A stretch of DNA of 64,000 nt from Pseudomonadales bacterium (GCA_013043705.1 JABDNS010000067.1:6175-70174); one strand, 5' to 3'. Shown: positions 27,530-38,433, counted from the first letter of the stretch. Numbers and translations: made by a program. The notes: generated by a model not told the origin, from the sequence alone.

Positions 27530-29797
27530 TTAGCAGGAGTGCTGCATAATTTCGAGATCGCCGGCGGTAACAGGCTTTACAAGATGGCCATCCAGTTTTG
27601 CTTCGGTACTCGCTTCGGCAAGTAGTGGATCGTCATCGGCACTTAACGAATAAATTTTTGCACGCTTGTTAGTTAGCGGGCTGCGATTTTTTTCAATGCG
27701 GCGTATCGCACTAGCAAGGTCGAAGCCCGAGCTATCGGGCAGGTTGCAATCCAGGATCACGATATCGTAGTTTGATTTTTCAAACGCGGCGATGGCAGAT
27801 GCTGCATCCATGGCGTTATCTTGATCCCAGCCTTGTGCGCGCAACAAGGCGCCAGTTACTTTTCGGCTAATCGGGTCGTCTTCTACCAGCAACACGCGAA
27901 GTTTTTTCTGTGCAGCGGTCTCGCCGGCTTGATTGCGGCCAAATCCGTCACTGATCGATTCGCGTAAAAACAGCGATTCAAGCAATGTGAGTTGTAGCGT
28001 TTCCGCTAATACAGGCTTTTCAAGCACGTGATGGATGCCATGATTGCGTGCGCTTCTGGCGCTAATCGCGTTCGCAGAATTAGACATCAGGATAAACGCC
28101 GGCAGCGGCACGATTGCCTGGTCAGATATAAGCCTCTCTACAAATTCAAGTCCGGTGGCATCGGGCAATCTAAAATCGATAATCGCTGCGTCTATAGCTT
28201 GCCCCAAGGCGTGCTGGCTCTTTATCAGCGCGCCCGCGTGGCTAGCTGTGTCGGCAGTGTAAACATCCAGTGCCCACCTGTTCAGGTATGCACTAATCAC
28301 CCGCAGTGACACCTCGCTGTCATCAACCACCAGCACGCGCTGCCCGGTGAGCATGTCTGACGAGGCGGCGCGCGTAGCACCGCGGCGGTCTGCTTGCGCG
28401 GGGAACGAGATTTGCAGGCCAGCACTGGCCGGGTTGCCCTGCCTGCTTGCATGCGCCGGATCGGCTTTCAGTCGCTCGATTGAGCCGCCGTGTTCCCTCG
28501 CTAACACCATCGCTGCGGATAGTGTATCGCTGTCTTTGCCCGCAGTAACAGCAGCCGGGATCGCGGCTGGCGCATGGTATAGAAAGCGAACCAGCAGCCG
28601 GTTTTTGTTTTGGGCGGCGATGTCCAGTAGCAAGCTGGTTTGTTTGCATTCTACGAATAGGAGTTTGAGGCAGAGCGAAATCAGCTCGCGCAATACCATG
28701 TGTTCCCCACGCATTATGCGTGGCACATTCTGGTGAATATCGACCACTAAACCTGTCGCGCTGGCCTGCATGTAATCACTGTATTGCTGGCAACATTCTT
28801 CGATAAGCTGTTCCGGGCGAAAGTTTAGCCCTGCAGCTTGCATCTGGTCGGCCTCATTTGCCGGCTGGTCGGGAATGCGATAAAGCTCATTGACCTGCTG
28901 CAAGGCCCTGCGCGCGGCATTGTTTAGCATCACCAGGTATTCACGTTGTTGTTTATCCAGTGGCTGGTCGGTAATCAATTCAGCGAGTCCGACAATGTCG
29001 CTTAGCGGCGCACGCAGATCGTGTCGGCTAATTCTCAGAGCCGGCGCAGTTGTACTGTTTTGTGATGTTCGAATTTGTGTTTCAGAGTGTGCAGATTTTT
29101 TTGCAGCGGCCGTAATTAACATCGCAAGCAATGATGCACAACTGGCATCAATTAGTAACAGCAACGATACTGGCCATGGTGCAAGTGCAGGCATCGCCAG
29201 GGCGGCTGTTGCACGTAGCACAAACAAACCGCTAGCCACGGTTGCCAGCAGCAGCGGGCCAATAAAATCCGGTGCAGCTTTAAATTGGCGATACGCAAGA
29301 CCAATGCAAGCGATGTAGATAAGCGCGCTAGCTGCTAGTTGTACTGGCAGCAAAACGTTATATAAAGCAGGCTGCGCGGAGGCGCCCGGGTTGAATAACA
29401 CAGGCGCCAGCGTCGCCAAAGCTGCGATTGCCAGCGCCACACATGCGGTAATGGCGAGGGGGCGCAGCGCTTGTTGTCGCTCTGAGTCCGGCATGCACTG
29501 TACAACCAATGCAGCCAATAGGGCTGCCGCAATCGGCAACAAACACAGTGCAAAACCCGGCGAGAACAGCAAGACTTGCTGCGGCAAAAGGCCTGGAGCT
29601 AACAGGGGAAGCTGTAAGGCCAGCGCGACAACGTACAAACAAGCCACAGGCAAGCGGCGGGCATCGCGGAGCAGACCCGCGGCAACCGCGAGTGTGCCGG
29701 CAATCGTGGCGAACACAAGCAGCACCGGCAAGCTGGTCTGTGCATCCGCGGCCAGCCACATCGATCCATGATCCGCAGCAGTCATTTGGGCACCCAT
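27530..29797 (-). CDS. RetS-like hybrid sensor: polytopic membrane domain, HisKA with His, degenerate ATP-binding domain, two receiver domains
   Basis: About 7 hydrophobic segments in residues 20-230. H-box ISRHDLRAPLSDIVGLAEL. Two receivers follow (VLVVDDSEV...IIDFRLPDATG and VLLVEDDPI...IVILDCNLPDSSG). It lies directly after purD, as retS does in P. aeruginosa (from memory). Confidence 0.65.
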   Translation of the reverse strand: MGAQMTAADHGSMWLAADAQTSLPVLLVFATIAGTLAVAAGLLRDARRLPVACLYVVALALQLPLLAPGLLPQQVLLFSPGFALCLLPIAAALLAALVVQCMPDSERQQALRPLAITACVALAIAALATLAPVLFNPGASAQPALYNVLLPVQLAASALIYIACIGLAYRQFKAAPDFIGPLLLATVASGLFVLRATAALAMPALAPWPVSLLLLIDASCASLLAMLITAAAKKSAHSETQIRTSQNSTTAPALRISRHDLRAPLSDIVGLAELITDQPLDKQQREYLVMLNNAARRALQQVNELYRIPDQPANEADQMQAAGLNFRPEQLIEECCQQYSDYMQASATGLVVDIHQNVPRIMRGEHMVLRELISLCLKLLFVECKQTSLLLDIAAQNKNRLLVRFLYHAPAAIPAAVTAGKDSDTLSAAMVLAREHGGSIERLKADPAHASRQGNPASAGLQISFPAQADRRGATRAASSDMLTGQRVLVVDDSEVSLRVISAYLNRWALDVYTADTASHAGALIKSQHALGQAIDAAIIDFRLPDATGLEFVERLISDQAIVPLPAFILMSNSANAISARSARNHGIHHVLEKPVLAETLQLTLLESLFLRESISDGFGRNQAGETAAQKKLRVLLVEDDPISRKVTGALLRAQGWDQDNAMDAASAIAAFEKSNYDIVILDCNLPDSSGFDLASAIRRIEKNRSPLTNKRAKIYSLSADDDPLLAEASTEAKLDGHLVKPVTAGDLEIMQHSC

Positions 29798-29885
29798 GTG
29801 TTTATTGGAGCGCTACCGTGAAGCGGATGCTTATGCAATTGGCAGCAGTGATGGCAGCGCAGTACGTGCTCCTGAAGGGCGGCGC

Positions 29886-31163
29886 TTACTTTTGCAGTGC
29901 CCGGTAGCCGATGTCGCGCCGGTATTGTGCGCCTTCGAATTGGATTGCATCAATACCCCGGTAGGCTTTGCGTTGCGCTTGTGCAATCGAATCACCCAGC
30001 GCGCATACACATAATACACGGCCGCCATTGGTAACGGTGGCGCCATCTTGCGCAGCGGTGCCGGCTTGAAATACTTTGCAGCCCGCATCAGCCGCTTGCG
30101 ACAAGCCGCTGATTTTTGCGCCTTTCGCGTACGTGGCGGGATAGCCGGCTGCGGCCATCACCACGCCCAACGCTGCCTTGGGTGACCAGCGCACATCGCA
30201 GCCTTTGACGTCTTGGCGTAGCGCGGCAAGACACAGGGCCGCCAGATCGGATTCCAGGCGCAGCATAATCGGTTGTGTTTCCGGGTCGCCAAAGCGGCAA
30301 TTAAATTCAATCACTTTAGGCTCGCCCGACGGCGTAATCATCAGCCCCGCATAAAGAAAACCGGTGTAGGGCTTGCCGTCTGCCGCCATACCAACAATGG
30401 TGGGTTGAATGATGTCGCGCATGATGCGTGCATGCATGGCGTCGTTTACAACCGGTGCCGGTGAATAAGCACCCATGCCACCGGTGTTTGGGCCGGTATC
30501 CGCTTCGCCAATTCGCTTGTGATCCTGGCTGGACGCCATCGGCACGCAGTGCACACCGTCGCTAACCACAATAAAGCTGGCCTCTTCGCCTTCAAGAAAC
30601 TCCTCTATTACTACGCGATGCCCGGCCTCGCCGAAACTATTGCCCTCAAGCATATCGCGCACCGCTGCTTCGGCTTGTTCCAGCGTTTGCGCAACGATTA
30701 CACCTTTGCCCGCTGCCAGTCCGTCGGCCTTAACAACAATCGGCGCGCCCTGGCTTTGCAAGTAATCCAGCGCTTCATCGAGCACGGTAAACGTTGCGTA
30801 GGCACCGGTTGGAATATTGTGCCTGGCCAAAAAGTCCTTGCTGTAGGTTTTTGAGCCTTCGAGCTCTGCGGCGGCGGCGCTGGGGCCAAAACAGGGCAGC
30901 TCGCGCTGGCTAAAATAGTCGACGATGCCGGCCACCAACGGCGCCTCTGGGCCAACTACTGTGAGACCAACCTCATTATTGGCGGCGAAGTTGGCCAGCG
31001 CTTCGAAATCGCCATTGTCGATCGCAACATTCTTAAGCGAAGGTTCTGCAGCGGTGCCGGCGTTGCCTGGTGCAACAAATACTGTGTCGACCTGCTCGCT
31101 TTGCGCAAGCTTCCAGGCTAGCGCGTGCTCGCGACCACCACCACCGATTACCAATACGTTCAT
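29886..31163 (-). CDS. purD: Phosphoribosylamine-glycine ligase
   Basis: MNVLVIGGGGREHALAWKL start at the ATG (complement of 31161-31163) gives ~425 aa. ATP-grasp body and C-terminus are typical of PurD. The 104-codon upstream extension in the track ORF is non-homologous. Confidence 0.92.
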   Translation of the reverse strand: MNVLVIGGGGREHALAWKLAQSEQVDTVFVAPGNAGTAAEPSLKNVAIDNGDFEALANFAANNEVGLTVVGPEAPLVAGIVDYFSQRELPCFGPSAAAAELEGSKTYSKDFLARHNIPTGAYATFTVLDEALDYLQSQGAPIVVKADGLAAGKGVIVAQTLEQAEAAVRDMLEGNSFGEAGHRVVIEEFLEGEEASFIVVSDGVHCVPMASSQDHKRIGEADTGPNTGGMGAYSPAPVVNDAMHARIMRDIIQPTIVGMAADGKPYTGFLYAGLMITPSGEPKVIEFNCRFGDPETQPIMLRLESDLAALCLAALRQDVKGCDVRWSPKAALGVVMAAAGYPATYAKGAKISGLSQAADAGCKVFQAGTAAQDGATVTNGGRVLCVCALGDSIAQAQRKAYRGIDAIQFEGAQYRRDIGYRALQK

Positions 31164-31251
31164 CGTACGATTCCGTTGTGTTTGTTCTTTATCCGAGTCT
31201 GGTGCTTGCGCTTTGCCAGGCAGCGCACTTTTTAACGCTATCGAATACGGC

Positions 31252-32829
31252 CTAATGCCTGAAGTGGCGCATGCCGGTAAACGCCATCGCCATGCCGTGC
31301 TCATCGGCAGCGGCAATAACTTCTTCATCCCGTATCGAGCCGCCGGGTTGTATAACGGTGGTAATGCCCACTGCCGCCGCGTTGTCGATACCATCGCGAA
31401 ACGGAAAAAATGCATCCGAAGCCATGCATGAGCCGGTAACTTCCAGGTTTGCGTGCTCGGCCTTAATCGCTGCAATGCGCGCTGAGTTAACGCGGCTCAT
31501 TTGTCCGGCACCCACGCCAATGGTGCATTGCTGTTTGGCATAAACGATGGCGTTGGACTTAACCATTTTTGCAACCTTCCAGCTGAACAGCATATCTGCA
31601 ATTTCCGCTTCATCTGGCTTGCGAGCGGTAACGATCTTCAGGTCGTCTGCGCCGATCATGCCAAGGTCGCGATCTTGTACCAACAGGCCACCGTTAACCC
31701 GCTTGTAATCGAGCGCTGGCAGCGAGGGATTAAACGCGCCGCAAACCAGCAGCCGGACGTTTTTCTTTTCGGCCACCGCCTGTTGAGCTGCGCTGCTTGC
31801 CGACGGTGCGATGATGACCTCAACAAATTGCCGTTCGCAAATTGCTACAGCGGTTTCGCCATCGAGTTCGCGATTGAACGCAATAATGCCGCCAAAGGCC
31901 GACTCTGCATCGGTTGCGAAAGCCTTGTCGTAGGCCGCCAGCAGCGTGTCTTCGCTGGCCACACCGCAGGGGTTGGCGTGCTTGACGATGACGCAGCTGG
32001 GCCGCTCAAACAGTTTTACCGTTTCAAGCGCGGCGTCGGTATCGGCGATATTGTTGTACGACAACTCCTTGCCCTGCAACTGCCTGGCACTGGCGATGGA
32101 TACCTCGGCCGCATTGGTTTCGCGGTAAAACGCGGCGCGCTGGTGCGGATTTTCACCGTAGCGTAAATCCTGCGCCTTGATGAACTGGCTGTTAAAGCTG
32201 CGCGGGAATTCCGGCCCACCGCCAGGTACTTGGTTGCCAAAATAGTTCGCTATCGCGCCGTCGTAGGCGGCGGTATGTTCATAGGCCTTAATTGCAAGAT
32301 CAAAGCGCGTGTCGTAACAGGTGGCAGCCTGGTTGCCGCGCATTTCGGCCAACACCGAGTCGTAGTCAGCGGCGTTCACAACGATTGTCACCGACTGGTG
32401 GTTTTTGGCGGCGGCGCGCACCATAGTGGGCCCGCCAATATCAATATTTTCAATCGCGTCTTCACGCGTGCAGCCGGGTTTGGCAACGGTGGCGGCAAAC
32501 GGGTAGAGATTAACTACCACCATATCGATCGGTGCAATATTGTGCTCGGCCAGGGTTGCATCATCAATGCCGCGCCTGGCCAGGATACCGCCATGAATTT
32601 TCGGGTGCAGGGTTTTGACGCGGCCATCCATCATCTCGGGAAAGCCGGTGTGATCGGCCACCTCAAGCACAGGAATATCGTGTTTGCGCAGCAGGCGATA
32701 GGTGCCGCCGGTCGACAGCAGCTCAACCCCCATGCCGTGTAGAGCGCGCGCGAATTCCGCTACGCCGCTTTTATCCGATACGCTGAGCAGCGCGCGTCGC
32801 ACCGTTACGAATTTGCTTGAGTTGCTCAT
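31252..32829 (-). CDS. purH: Bifunctional AICAR transformylase / IMP cyclohydrolase
   Basis: 525 aa. [13 protein letters not shown]..., [12 protein letters not shown], and a C-terminal ...[10 protein letters not shown] signature. Confidence 0.95.
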   Translation of the reverse strand: MSNSSKFVTVRRALLSVSDKSGVAEFARALHGMGVELLSTGGTYRLLRKHDIPVLEVADHTGFPEMMDGRVKTLHPKIHGGILARRGIDDATLAEHNIAPIDMVVVNLYPFAATVAKPGCTREDAIENIDIGGPTMVRAAAKNHQSVTIVVNAADYDSVLAEMRGNQAATCYDTRFDLAIKAYEHTAAYDGAIANYFGNQVPGGGPEFPRSFNSQFIKAQDLRYGENPHQRAAFYRETNAAEVSIASARQLQGKELSYNNIADTDAALETVKLFERPSCVIVKHANPCGVASEDTLLAAYDKAFATDAESAFGGIIAFNRELDGETAVAICERQFVEVIIAPSASSAAQQAVAEKKNVRLLVCGAFNPSLPALDYKRVNGGLLVQDRDLGMIGADDLKIVTARKPDEAEIADMLFSWKVAKMVKSNAIVYAKQQCTIGVGAGQMSRVNSARIAAIKAEHANLEVTGSCMASDAFFPFRDGIDNAAAVGITTVIQPGGSIRDEEVIAAADEHGMAMAFTGMRHFRH

Positions 32830-33131
32830 ATTTTGGCCGCCACTAATGTCAAATGCCCAGCGCTGCTGCCATTGTGGTGCGGCAGGTTTTGAATGGACGG
32901 TAACAGGATGGATCGAAAGCCGACAGGGACTTCAGCGCCCGTCTTGGACGGGTCGATCGAGAGGCGGTACTTTAAAGAGGCTGTACGGGCTTAGCAACGC
33001 AAAATTGCACAGCCACAGGATGTGGCGCGCAATGCGTAGACCTGAGTCAGCGGCCGGGGATCTAACAACCCGAGCGGCCGCCGAATCGGGCGGAGGGGAC
33101 AGTCTTGCTAGAGGCTGGTTCTAGCAGCTAA

Positions 33132-33458
33132 CTACAGCAGCCCGTATTGCTTGAGCTTCTTACGCAGCGTACCGCGGTTGAGCCCAAGTAAATGTGCTGC
33201 TTTAGTCTGGTTGTTGCGGACGTATTTCATCACCTGCTCAAGCAATGGTGCTTCAACTTCCGAAAGAACCATTTGATAGACATCCGAAACTGGCTGCCCG
33301 TCGAGGTGTTTGAAATAGTTGGCCATCGCCGCTTCTACGTTTTCACGCAGGCTAGCTGTGCCGCCGATAGTCGTAGCCTGGGTTTGCTCTGGAGCTGTTT
33401 GGCTACTGTTGTAGGCGGTGCTGCCGCTATCTTGCAAAAAAGAATTGCTCGTACTCAT
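33132..33458 (-). CDS. fis: DNA-binding protein Fis
   Basis: 108 aa with the C-terminal [29 protein letters not shown]. It overlaps the dusB stop by 4 nt (ATGA). Confidence 0.92.
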   Translation of the reverse strand: MSTSNSFLQDSGSTAYNSSQTAPEQTQATTIGGTASLRENVEAAMANYFKHLDGQPVSDVYQMVLSEVEAPLLEQVMKYVRNNQTKAAHLLGLNRGTLRKKLKQYGLL

Positions 33459-34642
33459 GCTGCGATATCCCCTATGGTTCGTAATTTCCCCAAAAAGTGT
33501 TGTAGGAAGTCCGACTGCGCCGCTTGACTATCCAGTTTGTTAAACCGCGACCTTGCGGTTTCCAGCGCTGTATTCAGCATGCGGGCGTGGTCTTTTTTGT
33601 GTACTGCCAAGACTTGTTCGCCCGTCCCGGTTGCAAGCCCCGGGGCGTTCGCGCTGTTACCTGCTAACTGCTTCGCTACAACATGTTTCAGTTGGTCAAA
33701 ATACCAGCAAACATGCTTTCGCGCCACTTTAACGGCCAAATCGGGACAATTATTGCCGGTTTTTTGGCCGCCTGGTCGCGAATCCCCAAACTCAAAGTGG
33801 CTATAAAACGAGTGAATTCGCCGCAGGTGATTAATTATAAGTCGTTCTCGGCGGATTGCCTCATTAGGTATCAATGATTTATCGGTAAAAAGCACATAAG
33901 CTGCTGCATCATTGTTCGTTAATTCATTGATTTCACTGAATATCCATGGATTGCCCCTCGCTGCACGGCCAATCATGACCCCGGCGGCGCCCGTTTTGCG
34001 CAGCACTTCGTGCGCTTTTTGCGCAGAACTGATGTCGCCATTGGCGAACACCGGAATACTCACTGCGGCAACCACCGCGGCAATGCTGTCGTATTCGGCA
34101 GCACCGTTGAAGCGACAGGCCCGCGTGCGCCCATGCACGGCAAGCGATTGCACGCCGCAGTCTGCCGCCAGTTTGGCAATCTGTACCGCGTTGCGTGAAG
34201 CCGGATCCCAGCCAGTGCGAATTTTCAGCGTTACGGGAACATCTACCGCCGCGATAACCGCGCGCAGGATGGCCTCGACCAAGGGCGGGTCTCGCAGCAG
34301 CGCAGAGCCGGCTGCGCGTTTGCAAACTTTCTTGGCTGGGCAGCCCATATTGATGTCGACGATCTGTGCACCATGTTCAACCTGGTAGCGCGCTGCGTTG
34401 GCCATTTGCGCGGCCTCGGTGCCAACAATTTGCACGATGCGCGGTTCTGCTTCGCTGCGATCGGCGCGGCGCAGTCGCGACTTGGGCGTATCGAGCAGCC
34501 GCGGGTTGCTGGCGGCCATCTCGGCGGTAACCAGTGCCGCGCCGCTGGCGCGACAGACTTCGCGAAATGGCAGGTCAGTTACACCGGCCATCGGCGCAAG
34601 TACAGCACGGCCGGAAACCCGGTAGGGGCCAATCTTTATCAT
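33455..34642 (-). CDS. dusB: tRNA-dihydrouridine synthase B (unusually long)
   Basis: [24 protein letters not shown] and VTLKIRTGW motifs. It sits in the dusB-fis operon. At 395 aa it is longer than the ~320-340 aa typical size. Confidence 0.88.
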   Translation of the reverse strand: MIKIGPYRVSGRAVLAPMAGVTDLPFREVCRASGAALVTAEMAASNPRLLDTPKSRLRRADRSEAEPRIVQIVGTEAAQMANAARYQVEHGAQIVDINMGCPAKKVCKRAAGSALLRDPPLVEAILRAVIAAVDVPVTLKIRTGWDPASRNAVQIAKLAADCGVQSLAVHGRTRACRFNGAAEYDSIAAVVAAVSIPVFANGDISSAQKAHEVLRKTGAAGVMIGRAARGNPWIFSEINELTNNDAAAYVLFTDKSLIPNEAIRRERLIINHLRRIHSFYSHFEFGDSRPGGQKTGNNCPDLAVKVARKHVCWYFDQLKHVVAKQLAGNSANAPGLATGTGEQVLAVHKKDHARMLNTALETARSRFNKLDSQAAQSDFLQHFLGKLRTIGDIAA

Positions 34643-34710
34643 CAGGAATTTGCTATTTGGTTTTACGAAATCATGCTGCGGCTATAAGCCGCGTCGAAGC
34701 CGCCGCACGT

Positions 34711-35559
34711 TTAGATGGCGGGCAGGATATCCAGCGCATAGTTTACTGCGTGAGCACCCGGATCGACAATCGGCAGCTCAAGCTGTATAGGTGTTTGCGG
34801 TGGCATGTCGCGCTTACCGGCCAGCTCGCCGGCCAGGTAATCCTCGGGTTTGAAAACACGGCTGGCAACCGCCTCGCCGTCGATATTGTGAAACTCCAGT
34901 TTGAGCCTGGGAAAGGGCTTGGCGCGGTTGGCGAGATTGACGATAACCGTTTCCACCAGCAGCGCATCATCGCGCTCCGGATGGCTGTAAACAATTAACT
35001 GCCGGGCAACAATGTATTGCTTGCCTGCCGCTTCGCAGCGCACCAGCTGGCACGCATAGTGATGCGCGCCGCGCAGCAGTTTGTTATCGGGCAAATCGGC
35101 GGCGCTAATTTCAAACCACTGCAACAGCATTAGCCCGGCCATCAAAAGTGCCAGCACCAGTCCGCATGTGGTTGGAATTAGGTTAGCGATACGGCCGGCC
35201 AGTTGTGGTTGCCGGCGCTGCATGTCAATCGGGTCGGGTTGTAGCTGGTCGATATACTGCGCGCTGTCCACGGCCTGGTCTGCACCCAGCACTACCGGTT
35301 CGATACGACCGTCGCCGCGCTGGCGCTGCGCCAGCGTCGACTGTAGCGACGGGTCCTGGATTTCAGTGCTGGCGATTTTTTTGCGCGCGATCTCTGGATT
35401 GATTAGCAGGCCGCCGGCGTTGTTGCCGTAATCTTTCAGGTGATCGAAAACCTTGAAGGTCTTCATGCAGGCGCCACAGCGCGCATTTCCGTCGGCGCTT
35501 TTGAACAGGTTCTCCATCACCAGGAAGCGCGTCTTGCAATGTGGGCACTCGGTTATCAC
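34711..35559 (-). CDS. MJ0042-type zinc-ribbon plus DUF3426 domain protein
   Basis: N-terminal CPHC...CGAC zinc ribbon (MITECPHCKTRFLV...ARCGACMKTF), one TM, and a C-terminal beta-rich domain. It lies between prmA and dusB, as in Pseudomonas. Confidence 0.7.
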   Translation of the reverse strand: MITECPHCKTRFLVMENLFKSADGNARCGACMKTFKVFDHLKDYGNNAGGLLINPEIARKKIASTEIQDPSLQSTLAQRQRGDGRIEPVVLGADQAVDSAQYIDQLQPDPIDMQRRQPQLAGRIANLIPTTCGLVLALLMAGLMLLQWFEISAADLPDNKLLRGAHHYACQLVRCEAAGKQYIVARQLIVYSHPERDDALLVETVIVNLANRAKPFPRLKLEFHNIDGEAVASRVFKPEDYLAGELAGKRDMPPQTPIQLELPIVDPGAHAVNYALDILPAI

Positions 35560-35560
35560 G

Positions 35561-36454
35561 TTAGTCGGGTCGCCTGGTTCCTGAGAGTCTTAGCCAGCCG
35601 TTTTCCTGCGCTGGTGGATCAAACTCAATTGTAGACGCGTATGCGCTTTGCACGGCATTTGCCTGCTCTTCGCGCAGCCCACTCAACACCAGCTGGCCAC
35701 CGGCCACCAGGCTGGCCTGCAAAATGGGTGCTAGTTCAACCAGCGGACCGGCCAGGATATTGGCCAGCACGACGTCAAAGCGGGCCCTGATCGGCGGTTT
35801 ATAGTCCTTTGCGTGACAGATATGCCAATCAGCAGTGGTTAGCGCGTTGCGCCCAAGGTTGTCGCGGCTGGCTTGCAGCGCCTGCGGATCGTTGTCGCTA
35901 AATGTGGCATGGCTGGCACCGAGCAGCAGCGCTGCAATGCCGAGAATACCCGAGCCACAACCAAAATCGAGTACGCGCTGCCCAGCCAGGTTGGCACGAT
36001 CCAGCCATTGCAGGCAAAGACGGGTTGTTTCGTGTGTGCCGGTGCCAAACGCCAGTCCCGGATCGAGCAGCAGGTTAACTGCGTGCGGGTCGGGCGGCGC
36101 TTGCTCGCCAGGGCAAATCCACAGGCGCTCGCCGCAGCGCACGGGCTCAAAGTACTTGAGCCATTCGCGCTCCCAGGCTTTGTCCTTGAGTTGCTCGAAG
36201 TTGATATCGGTTGTGTTGCTGCCAAAGTCGGCCTGCAGTGTGCTGACGATGTCGGCCGCCTTTACCCCGGTGTCAAACAGTGCGCTGGCACGAATTGTTG
36301 GCCATAGCGGTGTTTCGCCAACGCCTGGTTCCAAAATCGGTGTGTCCTCGCGATCGCACAGCGTTACGCTGTGCGCCCCGAGGCGTTGCAACAGGGTTTC
36401 CAGCGAAGCCGCGTGTTCAGCGGGCACGGTAACGTGTAGTTGCAACCAGGGCAT
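35561..36454 (-). CDS. prmA: Ribosomal protein L11 methyltransferase
   Basis: MPWLQLHV... N-terminus, FGTGTHETT and SAM motif VLDFGCGSGILG. 297 aa. Confidence 0.92.
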   Translation of the reverse strand: MPWLQLHVTVPAEHAASLETLLQRLGAHSVTLCDREDTPILEPGVGETPLWPTIRASALFDTGVKAADIVSTLQADFGSNTTDINFEQLKDKAWEREWLKYFEPVRCGERLWICPGEQAPPDPHAVNLLLDPGLAFGTGTHETTRLCLQWLDRANLAGQRVLDFGCGSGILGIAALLLGASHATFSDNDPQALQASRDNLGRNALTTADWHICHAKDYKPPIRARFDVVLANILAGPLVELAPILQASLVAGGQLVLSGLREEQANAVQSAYASTIEFDPPAQENGWLRLSGTRRPD

Positions 36455-36502
36455 GGGATACCGTTGGGGTTTTTTGCAGCGCTAAGGATGCAGTGCGCCT
36501 GT

Positions 36503-37855
36503 TTAGCTTTCCGCTTCTGCGGCGAGTTTTTGCTCGAGGTAATGAATGTTCATGCCGCCAATGCGAACTTCGCTATCGTTGACCAGGCGTTGGTGCAATT
36601 CAATATTAGTCTTAATACCGCTGACAACCAGTTCGTCCAGCGCGTTGCTCATGCGGCGAAGTGCGCTATCGCGGTCGGGGCCGAAGCAAATAATTTTTGC
36701 AATCAGCGAATCGTAGTGCGGAGGTACGCGGTAACCGCTATAGATATGCGAATCTACCCGCACACCGTTACCGCCGGGTGCGTGGAAATAATTGATCGTT
36801 CCGGGCGAGGGCATAAACGTATGCGGGTCTTCCGCATTAATCCGGCACTCAATCGCGTGGCCAAAGAAGGATATGTTGTGCTGCTGGATACCCAGGCCAT
36901 TGCCGCTGGCAATCAGCAACTGCTGCTTAACGATATCCACGCCGGTAATCATTTCGGTAACCGGGTGTTCTACCTGAACGCGCGTATTCATTTCAATAAA
37001 ATAAAAAGCGCCGTCTTCGTAAAGGAACTCGAAGGTGCCCGCACCGCGATAACCAATTTGTTGGCAGGCGTTTACACAGGCTTCGGCAACTTCGTTGCGT
37101 AGGTCTTCCGGAATCAGTGGCGCTGGCGCTTCCTCGATAACTTTTTGGTGGCGGCGCTGCAGCGAGCAATCGCGGTCGCCCAGGTGCACCGCGTTGCCCT
37201 CGCCATCGCCGAGCACTTGTATTTCAACGTGGCGTGGATTGCCGAGAAATTTTTCCAGGTAAACGGTGTCGTCGCCGAACGCCGACTTGGCTTCTGCGCG
37301 GGTAAGCGCAATCGATTCAATCAGCGTATTTTCGTGCTCCACAACGCGCATACCGCGGCCACCGCCGCCGGCAGCCGCCTTGATAATAACCGGGTAGCCA
37401 ATCTCGCCGGCTATACGGGTTGAGCGCGCGGCGTCGTTATCGAGCGGGCCGTTGGAGCCTGGCACCGTAGGCACGCCGGCCTTTTGCATCGCGGCAATGG
37501 CGGCCACTTTATCGCCCATCACCCGAATCACATCTGCGGTGGGGCCAATAAAAACGAATCCGCTTTTTTCTACTTGTTCCGCGAAGTCGGCATTCTCTGC
37601 CAGGAAGCCGTAACCCGGGTGGATGCCATCGGCGTTGGTCACTTCTGCGGCGCTGATTATGGCGTGACCGCTAAGATAGCTATCCGCGGAGGCCGCGGGG
37701 CCTATACAAACTGCCTCGTCGGCCAGGCGCACGTGCAACAAGTCGGCGTCGGCGGTGCTGTGTACCGCAACGGTCTTGATGTCCAGTTCGCGGCAGGCGC
37801 GCAAAATACGCAGTGCGATTTCGCCACGATTTGCGATGACAATCTTGTTCAGCAT
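36503..37855 (-). CDS. accC: Acetyl-CoA carboxylase biotin carboxylase subunit
   Basis: [33 protein letters not shown] and an ATP-grasp body. 450 aa. Confidence 0.96.
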   Translation of the reverse strand: MLNKIVIANRGEIALRILRACRELDIKTVAVHSTADADLLHVRLADEAVCIGPAASADSYLSGHAIISAAEVTNADGIHPGYGFLAENADFAEQVEKSGFVFIGPTADVIRVMGDKVAAIAAMQKAGVPTVPGSNGPLDNDAARSTRIAGEIGYPVIIKAAAGGGGRGMRVVEHENTLIESIALTRAEAKSAFGDDTVYLEKFLGNPRHVEIQVLGDGEGNAVHLGDRDCSLQRRHQKVIEEAPAPLIPEDLRNEVAEACVNACQQIGYRGAGTFEFLYEDGAFYFIEMNTRVQVEHPVTEMITGVDIVKQQLLIASGNGLGIQQHNISFFGHAIECRINAEDPHTFMPSPGTINYFHAPGGNGVRVDSHIYSGYRVPPHYDSLIAKIICFGPDRDSALRRMSNALDELVVSGIKTNIELHQRLVNDSEVRIGGMNIHYLEQKLAAEAES

Positions 37856-37920
37856 GTGTGGGCTCGGTCGCTGTGTCTATTGACAGGTATGGATGACGGG
37901 CACGGAATGCACGGTCCCGA

Positions 37921-38382
37921 TCAGGCAATAACAATCAGGCTTTGATCGAATTCAACCGGCTGGCCGTCTTCCACCAGGATTTCTTCTACCACCCCGGAGA
38001 TGTCCGCTTCGATCTGGTTCATCATCTTCATTGCCTCGACAATGCAAACTACATCGCCTTTATTCACTTTTTGGCCAACTTCAGCAAATGGCTTGGTGCC
38101 GGGTGATGATGAGCGATAAAAAGTGCCCACCATAGGTGACTTTATCGCGTTGTCATTGATTGCGGTGCTTGGGGCATTGGCCGCTGCTGCCGGTGTTGCA
38201 ACGCTGGCCGGCGCAGCGGGTGCAGCTGGCGAAGGTGCTGCTACCGGGGTGCTGGCATACACAGGGGCTGGCGCGATACCGCGGCTAATGCGTACCGATT
38301 CCTCGCCTTCGTGAATCTCTATTTCCTGGATATTGGATTCTTCGAGCAGCTCTATCAGTTTTTTAACTTTGCGAATATCCAT
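37921..38382 (-). CDS. accB: Acetyl-CoA carboxylase biotin carboxyl carrier protein
   Basis: Ala/Pro-rich linker and biotinylation motif [11 protein letters not shown]. 153 aa. Confidence 0.95.
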   Translation of the reverse strand: MDIRKVKKLIELLEESNIQEIEIHEGEESVRISRGIAPAPVYASTPVAAPSPAAPAAPASVATPAAAANAPSTAINDNAIKSPMVGTFYRSSSPGTKPFAEVGQKVNKGDVVCIVEAMKMMNQIEADISGVVEEILVEDGQPVEFDQSLIVIA

Positions 38383-38433
38383 GCTTTGTTCTCTGGCAAT
38401 TTGCGCGGTTTGGATTTGTTGGCGAATTGGTTG

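Noticed and set aside
31164-31475. 104-codon N-terminal extension of the purD track ORF ([19 protein letters not shown]...).
   Set aside because: The extension is Arg/Trp-rich and overlaps the purH 3' end. Canonical PurD begins at MNVLVIGGGGREHALAWKL, so I used the internal ATG.
32830-33131. Calling the purH leader a canonical ZTP (pfl) riboswitch feature.
   Set aside because: Only the 3' CUGGGCA element and a plausible pseudoknot partner are present. The conserved GGGGAGC core and P1/P2 helices could not be found. I keep it as a hypothesis in the findings, not as an annotated ncRNA.
35835-37102. 216-aa and 220-aa plus-strand ORFs opposite prmA and accC, and 31501..32166 opposite purH.
   Set aside because: These are shadow ORFs opposite highly conserved housekeeping genes, with no motifs.
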